From a virus: 64,000 bases of DNA. Made by a program: the position numbers and the translations under genes. Each line of letters starts with the position of its first letter. Within the stretch, counting starts at the first letter, position 1. The notes under the pieces are model-generated. The model was not told the origin of the DNA. It saw nothing but the letters and a program-made list of their open reading frames with translations, and made no database searches. The stretch is from the IMG/VR virus record IMGVR_UViG_3300032516_002690, positions 32,001 through 96,000 of that record, one strand, 5' to 3'. Below, piece after piece: positions 45,393 through 55,379 of the stretch.

Positions 45393-46385
45393 TCACAAGC
45401 TCGGCGAAACAGCCTCAGGCCACGACGGCAGTAATGCCCCGAAATAGACGTACGCATTGGTAGCGTTGAGGACGGTCGCTGGATAGCTTCGCGCCGTATT
45501 GGTGACAAGCTTTATGTCTGCGCAAAAGCCTTTTAGACCTGGCTGAGCGCCCTGAGTTGCGTTGCGGCCGAGCAGCAACGGGAGCGGCTGATCCTCTGTT
45601 GCGTAAGGTCCGGTGCTCATGTTCTCACCGCCTGAAGGGTGGCCTAAATAACTGCCGCTACCTGCGCCAAGTGAATAGGCAGACATGGCTACGCGCCTAA
45701 ACGCTGCGGTGCTTAGTCCGTAAGCAATCCATGCTCGGGCGTAGAATCCCGCATCGCTGTTAAAGCCCCAGCCGGCTACTACAGGTCCCGTCGCAACGTA
45801 CCATGTGATGATAGCCCTAGGCGCCACGTCTAGCGTATTATACGTGCCGTTCGCCATGCCATCCAGCCCGAAGAAGCTGGCCGCCACACCTGTCGCATTA
45901 ACAGAACCTCCAAACCAGAATGGGTAGGTGCCGCTGCCGGCTTGAGCGGTGCTGTTGGCAACGACGTGAAACCTGTACAGGTTGTCTGTGTGAAGCATTT
46001 GCGTGCCTGCGGGCGACGCATCCGTGCCGGCTCCATAGAGGACTTGTTCGTCCGTAGCGGACCCTACCGTCGTAGAGTTAGGGCTGCCTCCAGCCATGAC
46101 TCCAGTTTCCGAATACTTCACACGGTAAGTCGTGTTGGATATGGTCTGAAAGGACAAGCAAACCTTGGTAGCTGCGTCGGTAACTGTAAAATATGCACGC
46201 GTGGTTCCGAGCCCGCCGGCAACCGCGCCGCCACCTGTAATAATATCTCCGCTTGCGCTATACAGCGCGAGTCCGTCTCCCGACTTAGTGACGGTCCAAC
46301 CTGCTGCAACCAGCGTAGTTTTTACGGAAAACATGGCCAGAGGGCCTGTCAGAGGCAGTTGATTTACGGTATGGAACTTTGCCAT
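45393..46385 (-). CDS. tail-associated protein, tandem paralogue 1 of 3
   Basis: Aligns end to end with 46396-47379 and 47403-48389 (AGWTVTKSGDG...WPE.VSPSL). Confidence 0.8.
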   Translation of the reverse strand: MAKFHTVNQLPLTGPLAMFSVKTTLVAAGWTVTKSGDGLALYSASGDIITGGGAVAGGLGTTRAYFTVTDAATKVCLSFQTISNTTYRVKYSETGVMAGGSPNSTTVGSATDEQVLYGAGTDASPAGTQMLHTDNLYRFHVVANSTAQAGSGTYPFWFGGSVNATGVAASFFGLDGMANGTYNTLDVAPRAIITWYVATGPVVAGWGFNSDAGFYARAWIAYGLSTAAFRRVAMSAYSLGAGSGSYLGHPSGGENMSTGPYATEDQPLPLLLGRNATQGAQPGLKGFCADIKLVTNTARSYPATVLNATNAYVYFGALLPSWPEAVSPSL

Positions 46386-46395
46386 GGGTGATCCT

Positions 46396-47379
46396 TCACA
46401 GGCTCGGCGAAACAGATTCGGGCCACAGAACGAGCAGCCCGCCGTAATAAACGTACGCGTTGGTTGCGTTTAGAATTGTCGAAGGGTAGTTCCTTGCGTT
46501 ATTGCTTGTTGTTTTGTAGTCTGTGCACGTACCCTTAGGTCCAGACAGCGTGCCGTTTGCTGCTGAGCGACCGAGCAGCAGAGGCAACGGCTGATCCTCG
46601 GTCGCATAAGGCCCAGTACTCATGGTGAGTACGCCAGCCGGACCCCCCAGTATACTGGCGTTACTTGTATACGGGAGAATACATAGCCGTTTGAAGGCTG
46701 CAGCTCCGAGGCCGTACGCAATCCATCCGCGGGCGTAAAGGTTTGTGTCGACAGTCTGTGCCCAGTTGGCGACAATAGGACCTGTCGCGACATACCAAGT
46801 AATGATCGCTCTCGGCACTACATCCAGGGGGTGGTACGTACCTGTAAACATCCCTTCGAGCCCGAAGAAGCTTGCTACTACCCCTGTTGCGTTCACAGTG
46901 CAACCGAACCAAAACGGGTAAGTACCGTTGCTTGTTTGCGCCGTGCTGTTCGCGACCACATGAAAGCGGTACGAGTTGTCCGTATGAAGCATCTGCGTAC
47001 CCGTTGGCGAAGAATCCGTACCTGCGCCATAAAGGATCTGCTCGTCTGGAGCGGTTCCGGTTGTCGTCGAGTTTGGAGACCCGCCCGCCATGGCACCTGT
47101 TTCCGAATATTTTACACGCCACGTGGTGGTCGTGATCATCTGGAAAGACAGGCATACTTTCGTGGAAGCGTCCGTAACTGTGAAGTACGCCCGGTTATTT
47201 CCGAGGCCGCCGGCAACAGCGCCGCCGCCTGTGAGGATGTCCCCGCTTGCGCTATACAAAGCAAGGCCGTCACCAGATTTAGTGACAGTCCATCCGGCAC
47301 TAACGAGCACAGTTTTGACTGTGAACATGCCCAGAGGGCCTGTAGTGGGTAGTTGGTTTACGTTGCTAAATTTTGCCAT
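46396..47379 (-). CDS. tail-associated protein, tandem paralogue 2 of 3
   Basis: Aligns with the other two copies and shares the leader aaggatcacccATG with paralogue 1. Confidence 0.8.
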   Translation of the reverse strand: MAKFSNVNQLPTTGPLGMFTVKTVLVSAGWTVTKSGDGLALYSASGDILTGGGAVAGGLGNNRAYFTVTDASTKVCLSFQMITTTTWRVKYSETGAMAGGSPNSTTTGTAPDEQILYGAGTDSSPTGTQMLHTDNSYRFHVVANSTAQTSNGTYPFWFGCTVNATGVVASFFGLEGMFTGTYHPLDVVPRAIITWYVATGPIVANWAQTVDTNLYARGWIAYGLGAAAFKRLCILPYTSNASILGGPAGVLTMSTGPYATEDQPLPLLLGRSAANGTLSGPKGTCTDYKTTSNNARNYPSTILNATNAYVYYGGLLVLWPESVSPSL

Positions 47380-47402
47380 GGGTGATCCTTACGCGCGTAT
47401 GC

Positions 47403-48389
47403 TCACAGGCTCGGCGCAACAGTCTCGGGCCACATAACCATCAATCCCCCGAAAAGGATGTAGGCGTTCGTTGCGTTCAAAATAGTCGTTGGGTAGGTTC
47501 GAGCCGTGTTGGTGTTCTGCTTATAGTCTGTGCAGGTACCCTTAGGCCCTGGCAGCGTACCGTTTCCGGTGAAACGCCCAATCAGTATAGGTAACGGTTG
47601 ATCCTCTGTCGCATAAGGACCCGTGCCCATATTACTAGTGCCTGTAATCATGCCTAGGATGCTGCTGTTGCCTGCAGCATAGCCGAACATACATAGCCGC
47701 TTGAAAGCCGCTGCGCCTAATCCGTACGCAATCCATCCGCGTGCGTAAAGCGTCGTGTCGGTGACTTGTGCCCAATCAGCTTGGACGGGGCCTGTCGCAA
47801 CGTACCAAGTAATAATCACTCTCGGCACGACATCTAACGGGTGGAACGTACCTGCGAGCATTCCTTCGAGTCCAAAGAAACTCGCCTGCACCCCCGTCGC
47901 CACTATACTGCAACCGAACCAGAACGGGTAAGTACCGTTGCTTGCCTGCGCCGTGGAGTTTGCAACAACGTGAAAACGGTACAAGTTGTCCGTATGCAGC
48001 ATCTGCGTGCCCGTGGGAGACGCGTCTGTTCCAGCACCGTAGAGAATCTGCTCATCAGCGGCGGTTCCGGTCGTCGTCGAGTTCGGAGATCCACCAGCCA
48101 TGGCGCCCGTCTCAGAATACTTCACACGGTAAGTCGTGTTGGAAATGGTCTGAAAGGACAGACATACTTTCGTAGATGCGTCCGTAACTGTGAAATACGC
48201 GCGCGTAGTGCCTAGCCCGCCGGCAACAGCACCGCCACCTGTAATAATATCTCCGCTTGCACTATACAAAGCAAGGCCGTCACCAGATTTAGTGACAGTC
48301 CAACCCGCTGCAACCAGCGTGGTCTTCACCGAGTACATGGCCAGGGGCCCTGTGGCAAGTAGTTGGTTTACGTTGCTAAATTTTGCCAT
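47403..48389 (-). CDS. tail-associated protein, tandem paralogue 3 of 3
   Basis: Aligns with the other two copies; immediately downstream of the giant fibre gene. Confidence 0.8.
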   Translation of the reverse strand: MAKFSNVNQLLATGPLAMYSVKTTLVAAGWTVTKSGDGLALYSASGDIITGGGAVAGGLGTTRAYFTVTDASTKVCLSFQTISNTTYRVKYSETGAMAGGSPNSTTTGTAADEQILYGAGTDASPTGTQMLHTDNLYRFHVVANSTAQASNGTYPFWFGCSIVATGVQASFFGLEGMLAGTFHPLDVVPRVIITWYVATGPVQADWAQVTDTTLYARGWIAYGLGAAAFKRLCMFGYAAGNSSILGMITGTSNMGTGPYATEDQPLPILIGRFTGNGTLPGPKGTCTDYKQNTNTARTYPTTILNATNAYILFGGLMVMWPETVAPSL

Positions 48390-48413
48390 ATAAAATCCTC
48401 GTTATCGTACAGA

Positions 48414-51400
48414 TCAAACCACTACAAAGCCCGCCCACGCCACGGTCATTGCGGGAGAAGCGTCTGTCGCGTTCAAATACATGCGCAGCTCGTACACCCT
48501 GGCTACGTCGTGAATCTCATTCAAATCGACACCTGGCGTAGTGACCTTCACCAAAGCTTGATCAACCTTCATCTGTGCTCCGACCGACGCAAATGGAATC
48601 GATACAACAGCTCTACGTACCGGGACAAACACGCCGGTTCCAGGCCCCATGTCGTACAAATATACGCGAGCACTGCTGGCAGCGTCAACTGACGTGTAAT
48701 TTCCAACTAAACGCAGTGTGACCGTGCCGGGCACAGCGGTTGGGTCGAAATACATACCACCGCCGGTTACTTCAGTAACCTTAAGGTTGGTGGTTTCTTT
48801 CAACGTCATTACGAGATTCTGTGCGCTGCTGCTACCGCTACTTACGGCCCACGTAAGGCCGCCCGAGCCGTCATTTTGTAGGAAAGTCGAAGCAGCGCCC
48901 TGGGCTGCGGGCCACGTCATCGCATGCGCTGTTACAACAGCAGGTGCTTTGATTGAAAGCGTATTGCCGTTGTCACCTACGAATTCGAGCCTAGTGGCCC
49001 TGTTACTAACAGGTACCCTTTGTAGAACTACAGCGCTATCGTTAGCTGCGTTTGATCCGCGCCCACCTGTCAACCAGATGGGTTTTGCCACGCCTGTAAT
49101 AAACGGAGCACCGTTGATGAATACCGTACCCGGTCCAGCCCCACCAGACCCCGCTTCAATGGTGACGTGCCCGCCAGTACCCGTGGCATTAAAATTAGAC
49201 CCGCCACCTAGAATAACAGAGCCTCCTGGTGTAGCTGCGCTGAGTGCGTAGCCCCCGGTCAATGTCAGCGTACCGCCGCCCGCCGCACTGGAGCCCCCCG
49301 CTTGTACGGTAACATCACGGCCTGTGCCTGTAGCCTCGTCAGCCGTGAATATAGCAGCTGTACCTGAGGTGATCGTACCTGTTGGTGTAATACGGAAACC
49401 ACTATTGTTTAACGCTGATCCGTCTACGCCGTTCCATGTCGGAATGGCTTTGTCAGTACTTCCACCGACTCCAGGTCCTGACACATCAGCGGCTCCGCCT
49501 CCGGTCCAGGTCAGGTTACCCGATCCATCGTTACGCAAGAAGGTGGCGGCGGCACCCTGTGTGCCTGGGAGGACTAGTGCGTAAGACGCCGTGACCGTTA
49601 CAGGTGCTTTTAGTGAAATCGTGCTTCCGTTGTCGCCTGTAAACCGAAGACGCGCTGCTCGGTTGCTGCCCCCTTCACGCGGTATACTAATAACGCCGTC
49701 GTTAGCTGCGCTGCTTCCGCTTCCGACGCGCAGTATGATGTCACCGGCTACAGTCCCGCCGATTGCTATGTCAGCCCCGAATATCGTAACAGATCCGGGG
49801 GCGCCGGTAGTTAAAGGTGTACCCCCGCCTATTGTAACGTTGCCGCCCGGGTTGGTCGCGGTTACCGCATTACCTCCGCCTATTGTAACGTTACCAGCTA
49901 TGTTACCAGCACTAAGGCCGCCGTCGCCGCCGTAGAGATCTAGATGGCCACCCCTGCCATTCCCACCACCTATTCCGCCCTTTACAGAAGTATCACCTGC
50001 GGAACCAAGGGCCGTACCCCCTACACCGCCGACAATGTATACCGGCCCGCCGTTAAAGTTACTTCCAGGAATACCTCCTCGTAGGTGGAGGCCACCGCCA
50101 CTTTGCGTACCTTCACCTGCGTATAGCCGTAGGTCGAACCCCGTTAATGCTGCTATAGAGGGAGTAATCGTCTGCGCCGAAAGGGTAATATTTGTATCAA
50201 ATAGGAACGCGCCTCCAGCACCGTTCCACGTAGCAATAGCGTTATTTGTCGAAGTACCTGGACCCGTTATACCCGTGGACCCCGGAATATTTAGCGTTGC
50301 TGTGGCTCCTGAGCCGGATATCGTCGCTCCCGTACCCGTGACATTTAGAATAGAGACGGTCGTGGATTGTGTAGCGCCTTCATCTTGAGTAGTTAGGGTC
50401 CCAGCTCCAGCGGTTGCCCAAGAAAGAACTCCAGAACCGTTGTTCTGCAGCAACGATGAGACTGCTCCCTGTGCCGTAGGCCATGTCAGGGCGTACGTTG
50501 TAACTGCTGCGGGTGCTTTAATTGAGACAAAATTGCCGTCATCACCGACAAACTGAAGGCGTGTGGCTCTATTATCTGTTGTTGTCCGCAATAGTCGAAC
50601 GTAACCGTCATCTACCAAAGTAGACCCGCGTCCCCCGCGTAGAAGTACGTTTCCACCAATCCCGCCCGACACTTGGCTTGCGCCCTGGATCGTAACTGAA
50701 CCAGGCGTTCCTGTTGTTCCCGGGTTACCTCCGGTGATACTAACCGCACCGCCGTCGCCTCCAGAAGCACCCCCGGTACCTCCGGTTACCGTAGCCTGTC
50801 CGCCCGCTGAAGCGCTTGAGCCTGGGCCACCAGATAACTCAGCACCGCCTCCGCCGGAGACATTGCCCGCCCCTCCAATTAACTTAGCGAAGCCGCCGCT
50901 GGAGCCGTTTCCAGTACCTCCCTGGATAGTAACCGATCCCCCAAAGCTTGTATTACCGCCGGTACCTGCGAGTACACTTATACTACCACCCGTTACGCTG
51001 CTACCAAAAGAGTTACCCGCCTGTAGCGTTAACGCACCGCCTAAACCTGACCCTGAGCTATGGGCGCCCCCCGCTTGGATCAGGAAAGCTCCGCCGTTCC
51101 CCGTTCCAATTGCGCCGATACCCGAGTAAAGGCTTACAGCGCCGCCATTACCAACAGCTCCACCCGCGGTGCTTGCGTTACCTGCGGTGAACCCCAACGG
51201 GCCGCCTGAGTGGGTGCCTGTACCGGTTGCCGCACCTGCGGTTATACCAACACCCCCGCCATTCCCAGACGCACCAGCGTCGCCGGCTGTCAGTGTTATA
51301 GCACCACCATGACCGAAACTACCCGCTCCGGGCCCGCCTAGGAGGGTGACACCTCCGCCTAATCCTCCGCCTCCGGCTGCACCTGCCTGCAGCAGGACAG

Positions 51401-54026
51401 AACCTCCGTTATTGGTTATCGAACCGCCTGTTCCGGCTACAAAGCGGATTTCACCGCCTACACCGTTAGGCCCTCCAATGCCCGCTAATCCGACTACGCC
51501 GCCACCGGCACCACCGAAAAAGCCTGCGCCGGTAATAAAGCGAACACTTCCGCCGTCCCCTGCAATAGATGCCGCGGCGCCACCCGTAAGTACAACAGCC
51601 CCACCCGCACCGGACGTTGCGTCACCGGCTGTTATATTTATGGGCGCACCTACTACGGCCGTAGGCGTTGAAAGGGTCTGACCTGAAATAGTAAGGTTGT
51701 TGTTAAACAACGCGGTACCGCCGGTACCATTCCAGGTGGCAATGCCGAGATTTAAAGAGGTGCCTGGCCCTGTAACACCGCCACCTCCACCCGCGGCCCA
51801 CGACAACACGCCAGAACCGTTATTTTGCAGAAATGTCGATGCAGCACCCTGCGCAGTCGGCAATGTGAGCGCATAGCTTGTAACTGCGGCAGGCGCCTTT
51901 ATTGAGACCGTAGTTGCATCATCTGCGACAAATACCAACCGTGTAGCTCTGTTGTCCGTAACAGTACGTGCGATCTGCACTGCGCCGTCATTGGCGAGCG
52001 TGGAACCCCGGCCACCACGTAAAAATACGTCTGAGCCTACCGTGCCGCCTGTGCCAAACGCGGCACCCGAAATAGTAACGGACCCAGGCAGGCCTGTCGT
52101 AGCCGGCGCACCCCCGGTTATGGTAACAGGGCCACCGATCTGTGCTGCACCTGCTCCAGCGCCGCCTACAAGTGTAAGCCCGCCACCCCCACCTGCGGTC
52201 TGCGCATTTCCACCGCGGACCGTCGCGGTGCCGCCTGCGCCTGACGTAACTCCGCCGTCACCTCCTGCAAAGGACGCAGGTCCGCCGCTACCTGTACCAC
52301 CACCCGTGCCGCCGAAGAAAGTAGATGCCCCGCCGACACTGGAACCGGTACCTGAACCACCCAGAATAAGAGCAGAACCTCCGGAAACGGCGCCTTGCGC
52401 GTCTGCCCCGCGCACGAGCACACCCCCAGGAATACCTGTTCCCGTAGAGTTTCCACCCATAACGTTTACGGTGGCGCCGTTTTGGTTAGTCCCCAACGCC
52501 GCGCCACCCGTGAGGTTAAGCGCACCGCCTGGACCTGTACTCGTCGAATTTCCGCCGCGTACTGTTAGTATACCGCCTGTAGCCGCAGCAGTCCCTGCGA
52601 GTAGTACCGTGCCGGACGACGCACTGCTGTCCTGCAGAGCCGACGAACTCGACCATGTAGGTACGGTATTTGCGGTGCCGGTACCTGAAATACCTCCGCC
52701 ACCGCCAGCAGCCCACGACAGCCCGCCAGAACCGTCATTCTGAAGAACTGTCGAAACTCCGCCTTGCGCTGTAGGGAGTACGAGTGCGTAGTTTACGTTT
52801 ATAGTCGCGGGGGCTTTAATCGAAACCGTGCCCGCATTGTCCGCTTGAAATTGTAAGCGAGACGCTCGCGCGCTCTGTATGCGCGCAATTTGCACAACAC
52901 CGTCTGTAGCGGAGCCGCTGCCCGCACCTCCCAATAACGCAACGTTTGAACCTGTCGCCGACACGTTATCGGCACCGGAAACAGTTACCAAGCCCGGTAG
53001 TCCCGTACCGGTTGGCGCGCCCCCTGTGATAGTTACGGGGCCACCGGCCATGTTGGTGCCCGCGGCATTACCACCCGTGAGGTTAGCGCCACCGCCTATG
53101 CCGCTCGTTGTGGCATTTCCGCCCTTGACCAATGCAAGGCCGCCGGGGCCCGATGTAAAACCACCATTACCTGCTTGAAACGTAGCGCTTCCGCCCGTCC
53201 CGTTTACGTTACCGCCGTAACCCGCACCGATTAAAACGTAGCCGCCTGATAGTCCAGTGCCGCTGCTGCTACCGGCACTGAAAATTGCGTTACCTCCGAA
53301 GCCGAAGCCGCCTGCATTGCTTGCGGCAAAGTCAAGCGACCCTGCATCTCCCGACGCGCCGCCACCTAAGCCGGAGCGAAGATATACGTCACCCCCAGCG
53401 CCAATACCCGCGCTGCTGGCGTTACCTGCAACGAGGTATAGTACCCCGCCGCTACCGTCGGCCGAGCCGCCAGCCGCAGCTTCGATAAAAATATGGGCGC
53501 CTGGACCTGTAGCGCCTGAGATACCCCCCGAAATGTCGACGTTACCGCCCTGGTTAGCCCCAAACCCAGGGCCGCCTATAAAAGTAAGATTTCCGCCCGC
53601 GTTAGCCGTTGCGGTACCGCCAGTAATACTGATAGCCAAGCCAGTAGCTGCGGTGTCAGCCGTCAAAGTCAGCGCGGTAGACGCGGTGATTGTACCCGCG
53701 GGGTTAATACGTAACCCGCTATTATTAAGAGCGGTACCACCAGTACCATTCCAGGTCGGAATGGCTAAATTTGTCGAGCTACCGGGACCTGTGAGACTGC
53801 CTGAACTATCAAGTGCCCAGTCACCGTTGGTTAGCCCCGGCCCTAATTTCCACCGCTGTGACGTTGCTTGGGTGTATACAAGCATGCCATCTTTGCGGGA
53901 CGTAGCCGCTATTGCGTCGCGCGCAGTAACGTTTACAACAACTTGATAGCCCCCTTTCAGGTAGTTATCATCGAGTAGTGGGAACGCTCCAAGAGGCGCG
54001 AGGTCGTTCGTAAGGCCGATACTCAT
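48414..54026 (-). CDS. giant glycine-rich tail fibre (1870 aa, five super-repeats)
   Basis: Five copies of RA.RL.F..D.....S.KAP......AL..P..QG.....L.N.GSG.L.W separated by runs of GG.V.I.GG units. Confidence 0.8.
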   Translation of the reverse strand: MSIGLTNDLAPLGAFPLLDDNYLKGGYQVVVNVTARDAIAATSRKDGMLVYTQATSQRWKLGPGLTNGDWALDSSGSLTGPGSSTNLAIPTWNGTGGTALNNSGLRINPAGTITASTALTLTADTAATGLAISITGGTATANAGGNLTFIGGPGFGANQGGNVDISGGISGATGPGAHIFIEAAAGGSADGSGGVLYLVAGNASSAGIGAGGDVYLRSGLGGGASGDAGSLDFAASNAGGFGFGGNAIFSAGSSSGTGLSGGYVLIGAGYGGNVNGTGGSATFQAGNGGFTSGPGGLALVKGGNATTSGIGGGANLTGGNAAGTNMAGGPVTITGGAPTGTGLPGLVTVSGADNVSATGSNVALLGGAGSGSATDGVVQIARIQSARASRLQFQADNAGTVSIKAPATINVNYALVLPTAQGGVSTVLQNDGSGGLSWAAGGGGGISGTGTANTVPTWSSSSALQDSSASSGTVLLAGTAAATGGILTVRGGNSTSTGPGGALNLTGGAALGTNQNGATVNVMGGNSTGTGIPGGVLVRGADAQGAVSGGSALILGGSGTGSSVGGASTFFGGTGGGTGSGGPASFAGGDGGVTSGAGGTATVRGGNAQTAGGGGGLTLVGGAGAGAAQIGGPVTITGGAPATTGLPGSVTISGAAFGTGGTVGSDVFLRGGRGSTLANDGAVQIARTVTDNRATRLVFVADDATTVSIKAPAAVTSYALTLPTAQGAASTFLQNNGSGVLSWAAGGGGGVTGPGTSLNLGIATWNGTGGTALFNNNLTISGQTLSTPTAVVGAPINITAGDATSGAGGAVVLTGGAAASIAGDGGSVRFITGAGFFGGAGGGVVGLAGIGGPNGVGGEIRFVAGTGGSITNNGGSVLLQAGAAGGGGLGGGVTLLGGPGAGSFGHGGAITLTAGDAGASGNGGGVGITAGAATGTGTHSGGPLGFTAGNASTAGGAVGNGGAVSLYSGIGAIGTGNGGAFLIQAGGAHSSGSGLGGALTLQAGNSFGSSVTGGSISVLAGTGGNTSFGGSVTIQGGTGNGSSGGFAKLIGGAGNVSGGGGAELSGGPGSSASAGGQATVTGGTGGASGGDGGAVSITGGNPGTTGTPGSVTIQGASQVSGGIGGNVLLRGGRGSTLVDDGYVRLLRTTTDNRATRLQFVGDDGNFVSIKAPAAVTTYALTWPTAQGAVSSLLQNNGSGVLSWATAGAGTLTTQDEGATQSTTVSILNVTGTGATISGSGATATLNIPGSTGITGPGTSTNNAIATWNGAGGAFLFDTNITLSAQTITPSIAALTGFDLRLYAGEGTQSGGGLHLRGGIPGSNFNGGPVYIVGGVGGTALGSAGDTSVKGGIGGGNGRGGHLDLYGGDGGLSAGNIAGNVTIGGGNAVTATNPGGNVTIGGGTPLTTGAPGSVTIFGADIAIGGTVAGDIILRVGSGSSAANDGVISIPREGGSNRAARLRFTGDNGSTISLKAPVTVTASYALVLPGTQGAAATFLRNDGSGNLTWTGGGAADVSGPGVGGSTDKAIPTWNGVDGSALNNSGFRITPTGTITSGTAAIFTADEATGTGRDVTVQAGGSSAAGGGTLTLTGGYALSAATPGGSVILGGGSNFNATGTGGHVTIEAGSGGAGPGTVFINGAPFITGVAKPIWLTGGRGSNAANDSAVVLQRVPVSNRATRLEFVGDNGNTLSIKAPAVVTAHAMTWPAAQGAASTFLQNDGSGGLTWAVSSGSSSAQNLVMTLKETTNLKVTEVTGGGMYFDPTAVPGTVTLRLVGNYTSVDAASSARVYLYDMGPGTGVFVPVRRAVVSIPFASVGAQMKVDQALVKVTTPGVDLNEIHDVARVYELRMYLNATDASPAMTVAWAGFVVV

Positions 54027-54027
54027 G

Positions 54028-55371
54028 TCACGTTACTCCAAAAGCGAGACTGGTACCCGTCAGCAGGTTGGTGCTCTCGTAGACGTAGTACGTAGAGGTT
54101 AATCCGTTGACATTTGTCAGTCCCAATTCGAATGCTGTATTAAACGCAGCTGGAAATCCATTAAGCGTAAATGTGGCGACTCCGTACGCTTTAGGAAAAG
54201 CGTAATAGACCTTCTCATTAGCCGGCGATACCGTAATGGTACGTGTTCTTCCGGTTGCTAAAGCATTGGATGCCAGGCCTTCAATGGCGGCTTCCGTGTT
54301 CAAACCGGCAACGCCGACTCCAAAATAGACATCGCGTGTCCAGGTAATAACAACAGTAGCCACCGCCGCAGCTGTGCCGGTCGCGTTGAGTTGAATTGTC
54401 CAGGTAGGATCCGCGCCTAGATCTGTGCCATCACGCTTTACGTTTGTGGGCTGTGTGCCGGTCGCAAAGGGCGAGCTAAATGTCCACGCGGTAGGGTTTA
54501 CGTCTCCGCCACCAACGCTTCCGGCTAGAATATTCGCGAGGGTACCTGCGGTAGGCGGCCCTGCTATATACGTAGCGGATACCGTGATGCCCGTCAGCGT
54601 AGATCCGCGCCGATACAGCACCGTGCCAGGATTAGGCGTTGCTTTAGTAAAACTCGCGATTGAAAAGCCTGGACCAATCTCGTCTTGGTTTAGCGTGCGC
54701 CAGGCGCCTCCCGCGGATAGGTACTTGTGAAGCGCAAAATCACCCGCCATGGGTGCAGGCACGGAACCTTGCACGCCTCCAGCACCTGAGTCGCCTACAA
54801 AAGGAACGCCTGCTACCGTAGGTATTAAAGTGGCGTCGAATTTGCCGGTGGCGGTATTGAGTTTGGCCAGAGGTGCGGTGCCGGGACCGGGAGACGTGAC
54901 TACTGCACCTTGTACAGCAGCGACGATTGTTTCTATTTCCTCGTAAACAAGGTCTTCGTCAGTAGCCCAACCGCGGGTATTTACGTTGCTTGGAAAACCC
55001 AGCCCGGTATATACCAGGTTGTCTTCGTCGATCTCACCTGCAGCTTTGTACCGCCAGACTGCTCCGGTGCTTAAAACCGCGCAGAATGAGCGTGCAGTAT
55101 CTGTCACAAACGGAGAGCCGTTTACGGTCAGACTAACTAGATACGTGCCTTTAACATCTGGCGTGAATGAAAAAGAAGCCCCTACGCCCGTAGAACCGCG
55201 CACTAGTGCCGAACGGATAGGTACATCCACGAGCGTCCACAGATAGGACGTCTCTACCGTGAAGTTTGTGCAAACAACCACGGTGAGTGGGCTGATTACG
55301 AAATCTTTTCGAGCCTTGCCTGCTACGCCTGCCGGAGTACCCGATTGGTTGAAAATGATAGAGGCGGGCAT
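54028..55371 (-). CDS. virion structural protein (PKD/Ig-like N-terminus)
   Basis: SYLWTLVDVP...SFTPDVKGTYLVSLTVN; fibre-like middle region. Confidence 0.6.
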   Translation of the reverse strand: MPASIIFNQSGTPAGVAGKARKDFVISPLTVVVCTNFTVETSYLWTLVDVPIRSALVRGSTGVGASFSFTPDVKGTYLVSLTVNGSPFVTDTARSFCAVLSTGAVWRYKAAGEIDEDNLVYTGLGFPSNVNTRGWATDEDLVYEEIETIVAAVQGAVVTSPGPGTAPLAKLNTATGKFDATLIPTVAGVPFVGDSGAGGVQGSVPAPMAGDFALHKYLSAGGAWRTLNQDEIGPGFSIASFTKATPNPGTVLYRRGSTLTGITVSATYIAGPPTAGTLANILAGSVGGGDVNPTAWTFSSPFATGTQPTNVKRDGTDLGADPTWTIQLNATGTAAAVATVVITWTRDVYFGVGVAGLNTEAAIEGLASNALATGRTRTITVSPANEKVYYAFPKAYGVATFTLNGFPAAFNTAFELGLTNVNGLTSTYYVYESTNLLTGTSLAFGVT

Positions 55372-55379
55372 AGGTAGTC

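Noticed and set aside
20336-48389. Diversity-generating retroelement linking the RT to the triplicated genes
   Set aside because: RT motifs are retron-like (PQGAPTS, YADD) and no avd-like gene was recognised. Differences among the paralogues include synonymous changes at all bases and indels across whole genes, not adenine-specific TR/VR differences.
48718-53946. Many Pro-rich + strand ORFs opposite the fibre gene, and similar antisense ORFs elsewhere
   Set aside because: They are shadows of Gly-rich codons on the coding strand, with no SD or domain motifs.
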